Part shown: positions 1 to 10,113 of the stretch, piece by piece | Numbering within the stretch: the stretch's first letter is position 1 | How the letters are laid out: each line of letters starts with the position of its first letter | Origin: Longimicrobiales bacterium | GTDB lineage: Bacteria > Gemmatimonadota > Gemmatimonadetes > Longimicrobiales > Gaopeijiaceae | Assembly (NCBI GenBank): GCA_965116905.1 | Contig: OZ220732.1 | Location: forward strand, 352,001 to 416,000 | Direction of reading: 5' to 3' | Length of the DNA: 64,000 nucleotides | Notes under the pieces: model-generated | Databases searched by the model: none | What the model saw: the letters and a program-made list of their open reading frames with translations, nothing else | Told to the model about the DNA's origin: nothing | Translations under genes and position numbers: made by a program

Positions 1-139
1 GCATCAGGGTCGGCACGGCGCGACGCGCTACGGTCCCTGTCCGCGACGCTCGACGGGCAGGCATCCGGCGCGAGCGACCCCGCCAAGGTTGCAAAACTGA
101 TTGACGCGGTTCAGCGACTGGCCGACGCCGGATAGGAGT

Positions 140-928
140 ATGGTGCACATGAAGAGCAGACAGGATGCCCACCCGGTGACCCACCCCGGCAGACCCTGGT
201 CGCCCCTCATCGTCCTGATCCTGGCGGGTTCCTTGCAAGCGTGTGCCGCTGGACCCGGCGCCTCACCCGGATCCCCGACGCCGGCTGGTGCGGCGGCGGC
301 GACCACCACTGCTGCCGAGCCGGACCCTCCCCCCAGCCGTCCCGACGCCGCCAGGATCGCGGAACTCGAGGCAATCTATCAGCAGCGAGCCGAAGAGGTG
401 CTGCGGCACTATCACGAAGGCGACGTCCACTTCATGACCGGGATGATCGGACACCACGCCCAGGCGCTGCTCATGTGCGGTTTCGCGCCCGGAAACGACG
501 CCAGCGCCAACATGCAGACGATGTGCGAGCGTATCATCAGCTCGCAGCAGGACGAGATCAACCTGATGCAGCGATGGTTGCGTGATCGCGGCCTCGAGGT
601 CCCCGAAGTCCACATCGCCGATGGCGAACTGATGATCCACGGGCCCGAACACGCGCACCACATGCCCGGAATGCTGTCCCCGGAGCAGGTGGACGACCTG
701 CGCAACGCGCGCGGACAGGACTTCGATCGCCTCTTCCTCGTGTACATGATCCAGCACCACGAGGGTGCGGTGACCATGGTGGACGACTTGTTCGCCACCG
801 ATGGCGCCGCCCAGGGTGACGACCTGATCTTCAGGCTCGCTTCAGATATACAGGCCGACCAGACCTCCGAGATAAGACGCATGGAATTGATGCTGGAAGC
901 GATGACCCCGGGTGGGTCCAACGGCTGA
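140..928 (+). CDS. DUF305 (ferritin-like) domain lipoprotein
   Basis: Two repeats of M(I)xHHxxA (MIGHHAQA, MIQHHEGA) with QxxEI motifs; lipobox-like LQAC; start uncertain (ATG 140 or 149). Confidence 0.8.
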   Translation: MVHMKSRQDAHPVTHPGRPWSPLIVLILAGSLQACAAGPGASPGSPTPAGAAAATTTAAEPDPPPSRPDAARIAELEAIYQQRAEEVLRHYHEGDVHFMTGMIGHHAQALLMCGFAPGNDASANMQTMCERIISSQQDEINLMQRWLRDRGLEVPEVHIADGELMIHGPEHAHHMPGMLSPEQVDDLRNARGQDFDRLFLVYMIQHHEGAVTMVDDLFATDGAAQGDDLIFRLASDIQADQTSEIRRMELMLEAMTPGGSNG

Positions 929-976
929 CAGGAGATACTCCGACGGCATCCCACACTGTTTCAGGAAGAAGTCAAA

Positions 977-3049
977 ATGACGCCGACCGACGCCGCGAAC
1001 GACCGTTCGCCAACCCTTCTTCGCCTTGCGGCGCTTTTTCCCCTGGCGGCCCTCCTGGCCATGCTCCCGGGGTGCGCTTCGCAACCCATGCAGGACGCCC
1101 CGGCGCCGGCGGGTGAACCCGATGCACCCCCGCCGCTGAGCGACGCCCCGCAGGCCACGTTCGCGCATCCCCCCGGCCTGATGGTCAACGCGCCCGATCC
1201 CGACCCCCGCGTCGGATTGGCGCCCGGGCTGTTCGATGCCGAAGAGGCGATCTGGAACATGCGCATGCTGTCGACCACGCCTCCCGAGCGCCCGTTCGTG
1301 GGCTCCACCAACTCCGACCTCGCCTTCACCGGCGACTATGCGATTCAGGGCAACTATGACGGCATACAGGTCTGGGACATCTCCGACCCGCGCAATCCGG
1401 TGTCGGTCATCACCTACAGTTGCCCGGCTTCGCAGAGCGACGTGTCGGTCTACAACAACCTGATGTTCGTTTCGGGTGAAGGGCTCGCCGGGCGGCTGGA
1501 CTGCGGTGATCAGGGCATCGAGGAGGCGGTGAGCCACCACCGGCTGCGCGGCATCCGCATCTTCGACATCTCCGACATCGCGAATCCGGAATACGTCGCC
1601 AACGTGCAGACCTGCCGGGGCTCGCACACGCACACGGTCCTCAAGCACCCCGGTGACGACGACAACGTCTACATCTACGTGTCCGGTTCGGCAGGGGTGC
1701 GTCCGCCCGAGGAGCTCGCCGGATGCTCGGGCCTGTCGCCCGACGAGGACCCCAATTCGGCCCTCTTCCGGATCGAGGTGATCCGCGTCCCGCTCGACGA
1801 CCCGCAATCGGCCGAAATTGCAAGTTCGCCACGGATCTTCCATGACCTGGTCGCGCCGCCAAGGCACGGACTGTCACCGGCAGACTACGAGGAGCTCGAT
1901 GCAGCGCGTGCAAGAGGCGACCTCATCGGCTACCGCCGGGGCCAGCCCAGGGTGCTCCCGGATCGGATGGTCCGACCCATGCTGGACAGCGTGGTGGCCG
2001 CACGCGGAGGCACCGGCGAGCCCACCGCGGCAGACCGGGCGGCATTGCAGGCCGCGCTCGACGAGCAGGGCCGCATGCAGGCCGAGCAGGCAGAACAACA
2101 GGCCGACGAACCTCGTCCGGGCCCCACGCAGTGCCACGACATCACCGTCTACCCCGCGATCGGCCTCGCCGGCGGCGCCTGCGGCGGGTACGGGCTGCTG
2201 CTCGACATCACCGACCCCGCAAACCCCATACGCCTGGCGGCCGTCGCCGACTCGAACTTTTCCCTGTGGCATTCGGCGACTTTCAACAACGACGGCACCA
2301 CGATCATGTTCACCGACGAGTGGGGCGGCGGCGGCCAGCCCAAGTGCCGCGCCTCCGACCCGAAGGAGTGGGGCGCCAACGCGACCTTCACCATCGAAGA
2401 CGGCGACATGATCTTCCAGGCCTACTACAAGCTGCCGGCGCCGCAGAGTTCACTGGAGAACTGTGTCGCCCATAACGGATCGCTCATCCCGATCCCGGGG
2501 CGGGACATCATGATCCAGGGCTGGTATCAGGGCGGGATCTCGCTGATCGACTGGACCGACCCGGCCAACCCGGTCGAGATCGGCTTCCACGACCGCGGCC
2601 CGTCCGACGGCACCCGCCAGGGGTCCGGCGGCAGCTGGTCGGTCTACTGGTACAACGGCGTCATCGTCAATTCCGAGATTTCACGCGGCCTGGACATCTT
2701 CGAACTTGTGCCGAGCGAGTCGCTCACGCAGAACGAGATCGACGCCGCCAACTCCGTCGTGCTGACCCAGCTCAACTCGCAGGGCCAGCCGATCTTCGAG
2801 TGGCCGGCCACCTTTGCGCTGGCGCGCGCGTATCTGGACCAGCTGGAGCGCTGGCACGGGATGACGGCATCGCAGATCGCGGCGGCACGTGACGCGTTGT
2901 CGCGAGCCGAGGGCATGTCGGGAAGTGCCCGCACAGAGGCTCTGCGCTCGCTGGCTGCGGAACTCGACGCGCAGGCAGGCGGAGCCGCGGACCGGGACAG
3001 GGCTGCGACGCTGGCGGACGCGGTCCGGCGCCTGGCAGAGGGAGGCTAG
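977..3049 (+). CDS. LVIVD-repeat lipoprotein
   Basis: Lipobox LPGC; repeated 'IQVWDISDPRNP', 'IRIFDISDIANP', 'LLDITDPANP', 'LIDWTDPANP'; follows DUF305 gene as is typical. Confidence 0.75.
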   Translation: MTPTDAANDRSPTLLRLAALFPLAALLAMLPGCASQPMQDAPAPAGEPDAPPPLSDAPQATFAHPPGLMVNAPDPDPRVGLAPGLFDAEEAIWNMRMLSTTPPERPFVGSTNSDLAFTGDYAIQGNYDGIQVWDISDPRNPVSVITYSCPASQSDVSVYNNLMFVSGEGLAGRLDCGDQGIEEAVSHHRLRGIRIFDISDIANPEYVANVQTCRGSHTHTVLKHPGDDDNVYIYVSGSAGVRPPEELAGCSGLSPDEDPNSALFRIEVIRVPLDDPQSAEIASSPRIFHDLVAPPRHGLSPADYEELDAARARGDLIGYRRGQPRVLPDRMVRPMLDSVVAARGGTGEPTAADRAALQAALDEQGRMQAEQAEQQADEPRPGPTQCHDITVYPAIGLAGGACGGYGLLLDITDPANPIRLAAVADSNFSLWHSATFNNDGTTIMFTDEWGGGGQPKCRASDPKEWGANATFTIEDGDMIFQAYYKLPAPQSSLENCVAHNGSLIPIPGRDIMIQGWYQGGISLIDWTDPANPVEIGFHDRGPSDGTRQGSGGSWSVYWYNGVIVNSEISRGLDIFELVPSESLTQNEIDAANSVVLTQLNSQGQPIFEWPATFALARAYLDQLERWHGMTASQIAAARDALSRAEGMSGSARTEALRSLAAELDAQAGGAADRDRAATLADAVRRLAEGG

Positions 3050-3053
3050 CCCG

Positions 3054-3794
3054 CTAGCGGGTACCCAGCGAGACGCCGACCCGGTACGTCAACAGGTTGG
3101 CGTCGCTGACGACGGGATTGGCCCGCCAGCCACCACGCGGGAGCTGGTGCAGGTTTTGGGCGCCGTCGGTCAGGTACTCGGTCAGCCCGTTGTGCTGATA
3201 GTGCGCCGTGAGGTCGAGCGAAATCGGTTTCTCGCCCTCGCGCAGCGACACGGACAGGCCTGCGCCCGCGGCGAGCGCCAGGCTGAAGTCGTCGAAGTTG
3301 GTTGTGGACGCGAACGGCTCGTCGTAACTGTCCCCGCTGACGCTGGTCTCGGTGACGAAGTACGAGAAACCCGCCGTGCCGAAGAAGTACGGCCGGAGCG
3401 GACCGCTCCCCAGGTAGACCTGCGGACCCACACCCAGGGCGAAGATCGAGTTGGTCGTCGAAACGTCGACATCCACAAACGGGACCGTGGGGCTCAGCGA
3501 GGTCCGGTAGGACTCGTGCCCGTATACCACGAACGACCCTTCCACGCGGATGGCCGCAAGACCCCGCTCGTCCAGGAACAGCAGCCCGGCCAGTCCGGTG
3601 CCCCCACCCAGGTTCACATGGTTTCCGAACTCTCCGACGGGCACCGCGAGGGCGCCATGGAAATGGAACTCGGCCCTGAGCGGCTCCGGGCCACCCGCGA
3701 ACTGCGCGTCGTTCCGCTGGCCTGCCGCGCCGCCGGGCGACACGGCCCCCGCCAGCACGACGGCTCCCGCCAGTGCAATCGTCTTCGCTGTCAT
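3054..3794 (-). CDS. Outer-membrane beta-barrel protein
   Basis: Signal peptide; alternating amphipathic strands (RPYFFGTAGFSYF, LTYRVGVSL at C-terminus). Confidence 0.6.
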   Translation of the reverse strand: MTAKTIALAGAVVLAGAVSPGGAAGQRNDAQFAGGPEPLRAEFHFHGALAVPVGEFGNHVNLGGGTGLAGLLFLDERGLAAIRVEGSFVVYGHESYRTSLSPTVPFVDVDVSTTNSIFALGVGPQVYLGSGPLRPYFFGTAGFSYFVTETSVSGDSYDEPFASTTNFDDFSLALAAGAGLSVSLREGEKPISLDLTAHYQHNGLTEYLTDGAQNLHQLPRGGWRANPVVSDANLLTYRVGVSLGTR

Positions 3795-3810
3795 CGTCGC
3801 CGCCTTCCCG

Positions 3811-5580
3811 CTAATCGCTCACTCCCCTGCCCCGCGCGTCCCTGTCGCGCCGGTCGAGCACCGCTCCCGGCAGGGCCCCGGTAGCTTCCCCGCCGTCGAC
3901 CGTGAACCGGCCGTTCACGAGTACGAATTCGATACCCGTCGGGTAGAGGTCCGGTTCCATGATGGTCGCCGGCGAGGTGATGTCGTCGTAGTCGAAAACC
4001 ACGATGTCGGCCTTGTAGCCTTCCCGCAGGTACCCGCGGTCGCCGAGCCCGATGATCTGCGCCGCCAGCCCGGTCGACGACCGGATCGCAAACGGCAGCG
4101 TGATCACGCCGCGCTCCTTCACGTAGTGGGAGATCTTGCGCGCGAACGCCCCGTACGAGCGGGGGTGCTGCCCCGGCCGCGTCCAGAGCGAGACCGAGCC
4201 GTCGGTGGAGGTCGCCGTGTACTCCTGGCGCATGTAGTTCTCGACATCGAAGCGGTGGCCTGCCACGGGCCGGAAGCGCACGCCCGCTGGCGCGAGTTCG
4301 GTCGATTCGAGGGCAAAATGAACGAGTTGTTCAAAGGGCGACCGCCCTGATTCGGCGGCGATCTCCGCGAGGTGCCGGCCCACCGTTTGGGGAAAGTCGG
4401 GTGCGGAGACGACGATGTGCCTGTCCGCGCCACCCTGCAGGCGCAGAATGTACTCCGTGTCCCGCTCCAGATCGGCCGCGGCGGCGGGATCGGCCAGATT
4501 GGCGCGCAGATTGCCCTTCGGGTCGCTCATCAGCTCCGGGTCGCGCCAGAGCGGCGCGTCGAGCCCGCCGCTGCGATCGGTCCCGGGAGGCGCGTAGCCC
4601 CAATCCGGCAGCACGTCGACGGGCCCGCCGCCGAAGGTCTCGTACGGGTACTGGTCCAGGTAGACGTCCACCCCGTCGCGCCGCGCGGCCTCGATCATGA
4701 GGACATCCGTCTGCGAATGACCCCAGGTGTCGGTCCCCTTGGCCTTGATGTGCGTTCCCACCACCCGGATTCCGGCCGCCCGGCCGATCTCGATCGTCTC
4801 GCGCATCCCCTCGGTGCCGGTGAGCGGCTGCCCGTCCACGATCGAGGGAATCTGCCAGAGCGGCAGCGGGGACTGGCTTCGCTGGTGCGAGTAGTAGAAC
4901 CCGTCGTAGGGCGCGACTTCCTTCGCCAGCGCGATCAGTTCCTCGGTGGTGCTGAATCGGCCGGGCCGGTACTCGGGTCCGGCGCCGAGCCCCCATGCTC
5001 CGGCTTCCATTCCGGCGCGCACGAGTTCCGCCATCCGCGCGATCTCGTCGGCCGTCGCGGAGCGTTCGTAGTCATCCCCCATGACCAGCCCCCGCACGGT
5101 ACCGTGTCCGACCATCGGCACCACATTCGTGGCCACGCCCGGGGTACGGTAGGCCTCCATCTCGGCCGGGATCGGCCACACCGGATTGCGCCCGTCCGGG
5201 CCGAATACCGAGGTGGTGATCCCCTGCATGACCAGGTTGTGCGCGCGGCGGCCCTCGACGTTGTCGGACGCGAAGGCGCGGTCGGCGTGGGAGTGCATGT
5301 CGATGAAGCCGGGCACGACGTACTTGCTGGCGGCGTCGATCACGCGCACGGCGGTGGCGTTCGGCAACCGTCCGATGGCGACGATCCGGTCGCCGTTGAT
5401 GCCCACGTCCGCCGTAAACGCGGGGCTCCCCGACCCGTCGAGGACCATGCCGCCCCGGATGAGGAGGTCGAACTGCTGGGCGGATGCGGCGGCGGGAAAA
5501 GCGAGGGTGATGGCGGCGAGGGCGGCGGCGGCGGCGAGGAGCGCGGCCGAGCGAGTGATTTGGCGCATGATGTCTACCAT
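3811..5580 (-). CDS. N-acyl-D-amino-acid deacylase family amidohydrolase (exported)
   Basis: DLLIRGGMVLDGSG, PGFIDMHSH, HPRSYG, RGYLREGYKADIVVFD motifs; signal peptide ending ASA|Q. Confidence 0.85.
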   Translation of the reverse strand: MVDIMRQITRSAALLAAAAALAAITLAFPAAASAQQFDLLIRGGMVLDGSGSPAFTADVGINGDRIVAIGRLPNATAVRVIDAASKYVVPGFIDMHSHADRAFASDNVEGRRAHNLVMQGITTSVFGPDGRNPVWPIPAEMEAYRTPGVATNVVPMVGHGTVRGLVMGDDYERSATADEIARMAELVRAGMEAGAWGLGAGPEYRPGRFSTTEELIALAKEVAPYDGFYYSHQRSQSPLPLWQIPSIVDGQPLTGTEGMRETIEIGRAAGIRVVGTHIKAKGTDTWGHSQTDVLMIEAARRDGVDVYLDQYPYETFGGGPVDVLPDWGYAPPGTDRSGGLDAPLWRDPELMSDPKGNLRANLADPAAAADLERDTEYILRLQGGADRHIVVSAPDFPQTVGRHLAEIAAESGRSPFEQLVHFALESTELAPAGVRFRPVAGHRFDVENYMRQEYTATSTDGSVSLWTRPGQHPRSYGAFARKISHYVKERGVITLPFAIRSSTGLAAQIIGLGDRGYLREGYKADIVVFDYDDITSPATIMEPDLYPTGIEFVLVNGRFTVDGGEATGALPGAVLDRRDRDARGRGVSD

Positions 5581-5750
5581 AGGACGGGTGCGGGATAGCG
5601 GGCGATGATTTCGTCGGGGGTCACGATGGTCATTCCGTACAGGATGGCCTGGGAGACGAGTCCGCGATCGAAGGGATCGCTGTGGAGGGGTGGAAGACGA
5701 TGATCGTGCGCGGCGGCCCGCTCGTCAAAGGGAAGGGCTTCGAGGCCGAG
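5574..5750 (-). pseudogene. vapC: C-terminal remnant of PIN-domain (VapC) toxin
   Basis: Frame encodes LEALPFDERAAAHDHRLPPLHSDPFDRGLVSQAILYGMTIVTPDEIIARYPAPVLW (HxDPFDR motif); no N-terminal DT motif or start. Confidence 0.75.
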
Positions 5751-6837
5751 CCATCCGCTCAAGCGCCCACCGCGCGTGCTCGCGCACCAGTTCCGAGCGG
5801 TCGCGGGCCGCTCGCTCCAACACCGGGACGGCCGCTTCCGAGCCCGAGTTGCCGAGAGCCACGCAGACATTCCGCAGCAGGCCGTTGCGACGGGCGCGCG
5901 AGACCGGCGAGTCCCGGAACTCTCGCATGAACGCCTTGCCGGACATGTCCAGCAGCCGCGCGGCGAGGTCGATCAGCGATACGCCGTCCAGGCCGTCGCG
6001 CGGTGCGTAGGCGGGCTCGGCGGCGGGCCCCGAGAACTTCTCGTTCCAGGGACACACTTCCTGACAGATGTCGCAGCCGAACACGCGGTTGCCGATCGCG
6101 GAACGCAGTTCCTCGGGGATGGGGCCCTTCAGTTCGATCGTCAGGTACGAAATGCAGAGACGCGCGTCCATCACCGGCGCACCCCGCTCGTCGCGCCCGA
6201 GGAGGGCGCCGGTCGGGCAGGCGTCGAGACAGCGCTGGCACGTGCCGCAGTGGTCCTCGCGGAAGGGGGCGCTGGGTTCCAGCGGCAGATCGGTGAGCAG
6301 GACGCCCAGGAAGAAGTACGAGCCCCGGCGCGGGTGGATGAGCATCGTGTTCTTCCCGAACCATCCCAGCCCGGCGCGCGCGGCGAGTTCCCGTTCCAGA
6401 AGCGGTCCCGTGTCGACGTAGGCGCGGTGCCGGACGGGACGCCCCGCGAGGTGTTCGAGGCGGTCCGCGAGGGCTTCCAGCTTGTCGCCGACGACGTGGT
6501 GGTAATCGCGGCCGCGTGCATAGCGGGCGACGATCGCGCGGGCGGGGTCGCCGTGGGGGGTGGCGGGCTCGCCGCCGGGTGGGGTGGCGGGTTCGCCGCC
6601 GCCGTACGAGTGGGCAACCACGAGTGCGCTGCGGAAGCCGGGCAGGGTGCGGTCGAGATCGGATCGGCGACTCACCGCGTCGGTGCGGGCAAGGTAGGCC
6701 ATCTCGCCGTGTAGCCCCGAGTCGACCCATGCCCGGAAGTGAGCCATGTGATCGCTGTCGCCCCGGGTGAGGACGCCGGCCATGTCAAAGCCGATGGCGC
6801 GGGCCTCGGCGACGGCGTGTGCAGTGTCCAGGGTCAT
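5725..6837 (-). CDS. queG: tRNA epoxyqueuosine(34) reductase
   Basis: ARYARGRDYH, VDTGPLLERELA, GWFGKN, CGTCQRCLDACPTGA, CISYLTIE, FGCDICQEVCPWN; start taken as ATG 6837. Confidence 0.95.
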   Translation of the reverse strand: MTLDTAHAVAEARAIGFDMAGVLTRGDSDHMAHFRAWVDSGLHGEMAYLARTDAVSRRSDLDRTLPGFRSALVVAHSYGGGEPATPPGGEPATPHGDPARAIVARYARGRDYHHVVGDKLEALADRLEHLAGRPVRHRAYVDTGPLLERELAARAGLGWFGKNTMLIHPRRGSYFFLGVLLTDLPLEPSAPFREDHCGTCQRCLDACPTGALLGRDERGAPVMDARLCISYLTIELKGPIPEELRSAIGNRVFGCDICQEVCPWNEKFSGPAAEPAYAPRDGLDGVSLIDLAARLLDMSGKAFMREFRDSPVSRARRNGLLRNVCVALGNSGSEAAVPVLERAARDRSELVREHARWALERMARPRSPSL

Positions 6838-6921
6838 GCTACCATAGTTCGTCGGTTCGGTCCCCAACCGCCACATCGGCGAGTGGGCGAGCGACCCCAT
6901 CCCCAGCCCGAAGGAGAGACG

Positions 6922-8145
6922 TTGCAGCTTGCTTCCGGGTCCCGGGCGCCTCGTTGCGTTGCGGCGTCACGTTGCGCTGGGGCGTCACGTTGCTTCGCGG
7001 CGTCTCGTTGCGTTGCGGCATCCGCCTGGGTCCTCGCCCTGGTCTTCTCCTCCGCGTGCGATGCATTCTCGCGCGAATACGACATCTGGGTGGACACGCT
7101 ATCGACCGGGCTTGTCCGCGTTTACAACCGGGATCTCCTCAGGTCCAGCCCGGAGCCCGATTTTGTGCTGGTCGAGGAACTGCGGCTGGGGCAGGCGTCC
7201 GGCCCCACCGGCAGCGAGGGACCTGAAGCCTTCGGCAACGTCGTCGGATTGGCGTTGGACGATGTCGGCAGGATCTACGTCGCGGAAGAGGCAGCTCAGG
7301 AAATCCGGGTCTTCGATCCACAAGGGGACTTCCTGCGGCGTTTCGGCCGCCGGGGGGACGCTCCCGGCGAGTTCCAGGGTCTGCGCGGAGTCGTATGGCA
7401 CCCCTCCGGAGTCCTCCTGGCCATGGACATCGGCGCGCGGCGAATCACCGCCTTCGACTCTCTCGGGACGGTTCTTGCGACCACCAGACACCACGAAGGG
7501 ACCGGCAGCCTCGGTTCGGCCTGGCGGGCCGATGTCGATACGCTCGGCTTCCTCTACGAACAGGATCGGGATTCGCCGTCCTGGGCGCGGCGCGTATTCA
7601 AACACCGGCTCATGGGCGACTTCACGCTGGCTGCGGTGGACACGATCTTGCTCGCCCGGCGGGGACCCCACTTCGATTCGATCCCGACCAACTGGCAGCC
7701 GCTGTGGTCGGCGGACCCCGACGGGAGCATGTGGCACGGCAACACCAACCGGTTCCGGTTCCTGAAGGTCACCGCCGGGCGCGATACAGTCCTGGCCGTG
7801 GAGCTGCGCCGCCCGACGCCCCGGCTCGCGGGCCGTGAGAGGGACAGCCTCGGCGCGGCATGGGGGCTGCCGTCGAACGCGCTCCCCAGATACAAGGCGG
7901 TTCTGACATCCTTCCACGTCGCGCAGGACGGAAGAATCTGGGTATGGAACCCGTACGTGAGCCAGACGTGGGGCAGGTGGGAAGTATTCGACGGCAACGG
8001 CTACCACCTGGGTCAGGCGGCTACGCCCGCATTGCTGGCCACGGCACCATCGCCGGTATTCGGCCACGGCACGATCACGGGCGTCACCGAGGACGAAGCG
8101 GGAGTGCAGTACATCGTGCGCCTGCGCGTGGCCGGAATGGACTGA
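6922..8145 (+). CDS. 6-bladed beta-propeller (NHL-like) lipoprotein
   Basis: AAGGAG at 6911-6916 before TTG 6922; lipobox SSAC; GRIYVAE...IRVFDPQGDFLRRFGRRGDAPGEF NHL-type motif. Confidence 0.7.
   Translation: MQLASGSRAPRCVAASRCAGASRCFAASRCVAASAWVLALVFSSACDAFSREYDIWVDTLSTGLVRVYNRDLLRSSPEPDFVLVEELRLGQASGPTGSEGPEAFGNVVGLALDDVGRIYVAEEAAQEIRVFDPQGDFLRRFGRRGDAPGEFQGLRGVVWHPSGVLLAMDIGARRITAFDSLGTVLATTRHHEGTGSLGSAWRADVDTLGFLYEQDRDSPSWARRVFKHRLMGDFTLAAVDTILLARRGPHFDSIPTNWQPLWSADPDGSMWHGNTNRFRFLKVTAGRDTVLAVELRRPTPRLAGRERDSLGAAWGLPSNALPRYKAVLTSFHVAQDGRIWVWNPYVSQTWGRWEVFDGNGYHLGQAATPALLATAPSPVFGHGTITGVTEDEAGVQYIVRLRVAGMD
6952..7023 (+). repeat. 4 x 18-bp tandem repeat in signal-peptide n-region (RCVAAS/RCAGAS/RCFAAS/RCVAAS)
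   Basis: cgttgcgttgcggcgtca / cgttgcgctggggcgtca / cgttgcttcgcggcgtct / cgttgcgttgcggcatcc. Confidence 0.9.
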
Positions 8146-8175
8146 GTCGAGACAACCCCGCCCGCAGGCCCCGGA

Positions 8176-8646
8176 TCAGTTCGCCAGAACGTCCTTCAGG
8201 TCGTCGATCCGGGAAGCCGTCACGTCCCGGAGGTCGTCGATCCGCGCGGCCGTCACGTCTCGGAAGTCCTCAACCCGGGCCGCCATGAATCCCTGCATAT
8301 CGTCGAACCGCGCACCAATCTGTCGTTCGAGGCCCCTGATGTTCTCGCCAATCCGTCGGTCGACATCCCTGATGTTTTCGCCAATCCGTCGGTCGACATC
8401 CCTGATGTTCTCACCGATCGCCGCGTGTGCTTCCCGGCTCTCGGTGCGCACCAGCGCGATCTCGCCGCGGACCTCCTTGAACCGTCGGTCCATGGAGCGT
8501 TGCATATCGTCAAAACGCTTTTCCACGGACTCGAACCGCTGGTCCACGGACTCGAACCGCTTGCTCATCCAAACGGCGATGGCTGTCAGGCCAGCCAGCA
8601 GCACGACGATCTCCGCGCCCAATCCTACCCACTCAATCCCAGGCAC
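8176..8646 (-). CDS. Membrane-anchored coiled-coil repeat protein
   Basis: N-terminal TM helix followed by 7-aa (FESVDQR/FESVEKR) and 11-aa (IGENIRDVDRR; DDLRDVTA) repeats. Confidence 0.65.
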   Translation of the reverse strand: MPGIEWVGLGAEIVVLLAGLTAIAVWMSKRFESVDQRFESVEKRFDDMQRSMDRRFKEVRGEIALVRTESREAHAAIGENIRDVDRRIGENIRDVDRRIGENIRGLERQIGARFDDMQGFMAARVEDFRDVTAARIDDLRDVTASRIDDLKDVLAN

Positions 8647-8797
8647 CGTCCGTCACTCCCTCCTCCCCTGCCTCCCCGTCTCTTCCATCCGGCCGCCTCG
8701 TTCGGGCCGGCCAGGATGGAAGGTCGCACATCGGGCGGGAAACACCCATGCTTGTTTGGGACAACCCGTTGTCGGCATCGCGTACTGCAGCGAAGAT

Positions 8798-8854
8798 GGT
8801 TGCTGCGCGCGCGTACGCAAGGGTTGCCGTGGTTGCCGTGCGCGCGTACGCAAG
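8798..8854. repeat. 24-bp direct repeat (period 33) with internal palindrome GCGTACGC in a divergent intergenic region
   Basis: ggttgctgcgcgcgcgtacgcaag (8798-8821) and ggttgccgtgcgcgcgtacgcaag (8831-8854). Confidence 0.7.
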
Positions 8855-8907
8855 TCGGCGTGCGGCTCCGGGACACGCGACTCACACCGTCCACCCCCAT
8901 CACACGA

Positions 8908-10032
8908 ATGAACCTCGACCCAATCCGCGACGAATTCCCGATCCTCGGGCGTCGCAACTACCTCAATTCCTGTTCGCTGGGCGCGCTGTCGCGTCGCGCG
9001 GAGGGCCGGCTCGCGGAGTTTGTCGCCAAGTGGCATGACCTCGGGGCCTCGGCCTGGTACGAGCACTGGTGGGGCGCGCTGGGCGAGCTGCGCGGCCGCG
9101 TGGAGACGTTGTTTGGAGCTCCGGCCGGCACAGTCGCGCTGATGCCCTCCACCTCGGCGTGCCTGGCCGCGGTCTCCTCGAGCCTCGACTGGTCCAAACG
9201 CAACCGTATCGTCACGACCGAGCTGGACTTCCCCACGCTCCTGTACCAGTGGAAGGTCCGCCCGGACGCCGAGATGGTGGTGCTGGAGAGTCACGACGGG
9301 GTGCACATCGACCCGCAGCAGTACGCGGACGCGGTGGACGACCGCACGCTCGCGATCGCGACCAGCCACGTCTTCTTCACGACCGGCGCGGTGCAGGACC
9401 TGGCGGCCATCGCCGAAATCGCGCGGCGCACGGGCGCGTACAGCCTGATCGACGGCTACCAGGGAGCGGGCCAGGTGCCGATCGACCTCCCCGCGACGGG
9501 AGTCGACTTCCATACCTCGGGGCCGCTCAAGTGGCTCTGCGGAGGGCCTGGCCTGGCCTACCTGTACGTCCGCGACGACCTGATCCCCAACCTCGAACCC
9601 ACCATCACCAGCTGGTTCGCCACCGAAGACCAGTTCCTCTTCAACCCCGGCGACTTTCGCTACCACGGGGACGCGCGGCGCTTCGAGCTGGGGACTCCGG
9701 CGCTGGCCACGGTGCACACGGCGCTCGGAGGGCAGGAGATCGTCGACGAGGTCGGGATAGCGCAGATCCACAGGCAGAACGTGGCGCTTACCGAGCGGCT
9801 GGTTGAACGCTGCACGGCCGAGGGGTTTTCGCTTCGTGTGGGTGATCGGCCGGAGATGCGCTCGGCGATCGTTCTGGTGCGGCACGACGAACCCGGAGCC
9901 GCCGTTGCCCACCTCGCCGAACGGGGCATCATCGTGGACAACCGGCCCGGGGTGGTGCGCGCGAGCCCCCACTTCTACAACACACTGGACGAGGTGGACC
10001 AGTTCGCGGAGGCGCTGGCCGAGACCGTGTAG
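8908..10032 (+). CDS. Class V PLP aminotransferase (kynureninase/cysteine desulfurase-like)
   Basis: YLNSCSLG, DGYQGAG, SGPLKWLCGGPG (PLP Lys), RFELGTP, RASPHFYNT; start ATG 8908. Confidence 0.85.
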   Translation: MNLDPIRDEFPILGRRNYLNSCSLGALSRRAEGRLAEFVAKWHDLGASAWYEHWWGALGELRGRVETLFGAPAGTVALMPSTSACLAAVSSSLDWSKRNRIVTTELDFPTLLYQWKVRPDAEMVVLESHDGVHIDPQQYADAVDDRTLAIATSHVFFTTGAVQDLAAIAEIARRTGAYSLIDGYQGAGQVPIDLPATGVDFHTSGPLKWLCGGPGLAYLYVRDDLIPNLEPTITSWFATEDQFLFNPGDFRYHGDARRFELGTPALATVHTALGGQEIVDEVGIAQIHRQNVALTERLVERCTAEGFSLRVGDRPEMRSAIVLVRHDEPGAAVAHLAERGIIVDNRPGVVRASPHFYNTLDEVDQFAEALAETV

Positions 10033-10113
10033 TGGCGTGCCCGAGGTTCCTGCGATTATTAGTCAGCTTCCACGCCGTTCACTGAGCCGTTCACTGAACC
10101 GGGAGATGCTCCC

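Noticed and set aside
6922..8145. NHL propeller as a sixth member of the P1-P5 family
   Set aside because: Shares only the generic FGR.G..P.EF motif and lacks the YDRHTG/PPWRIA C-terminus
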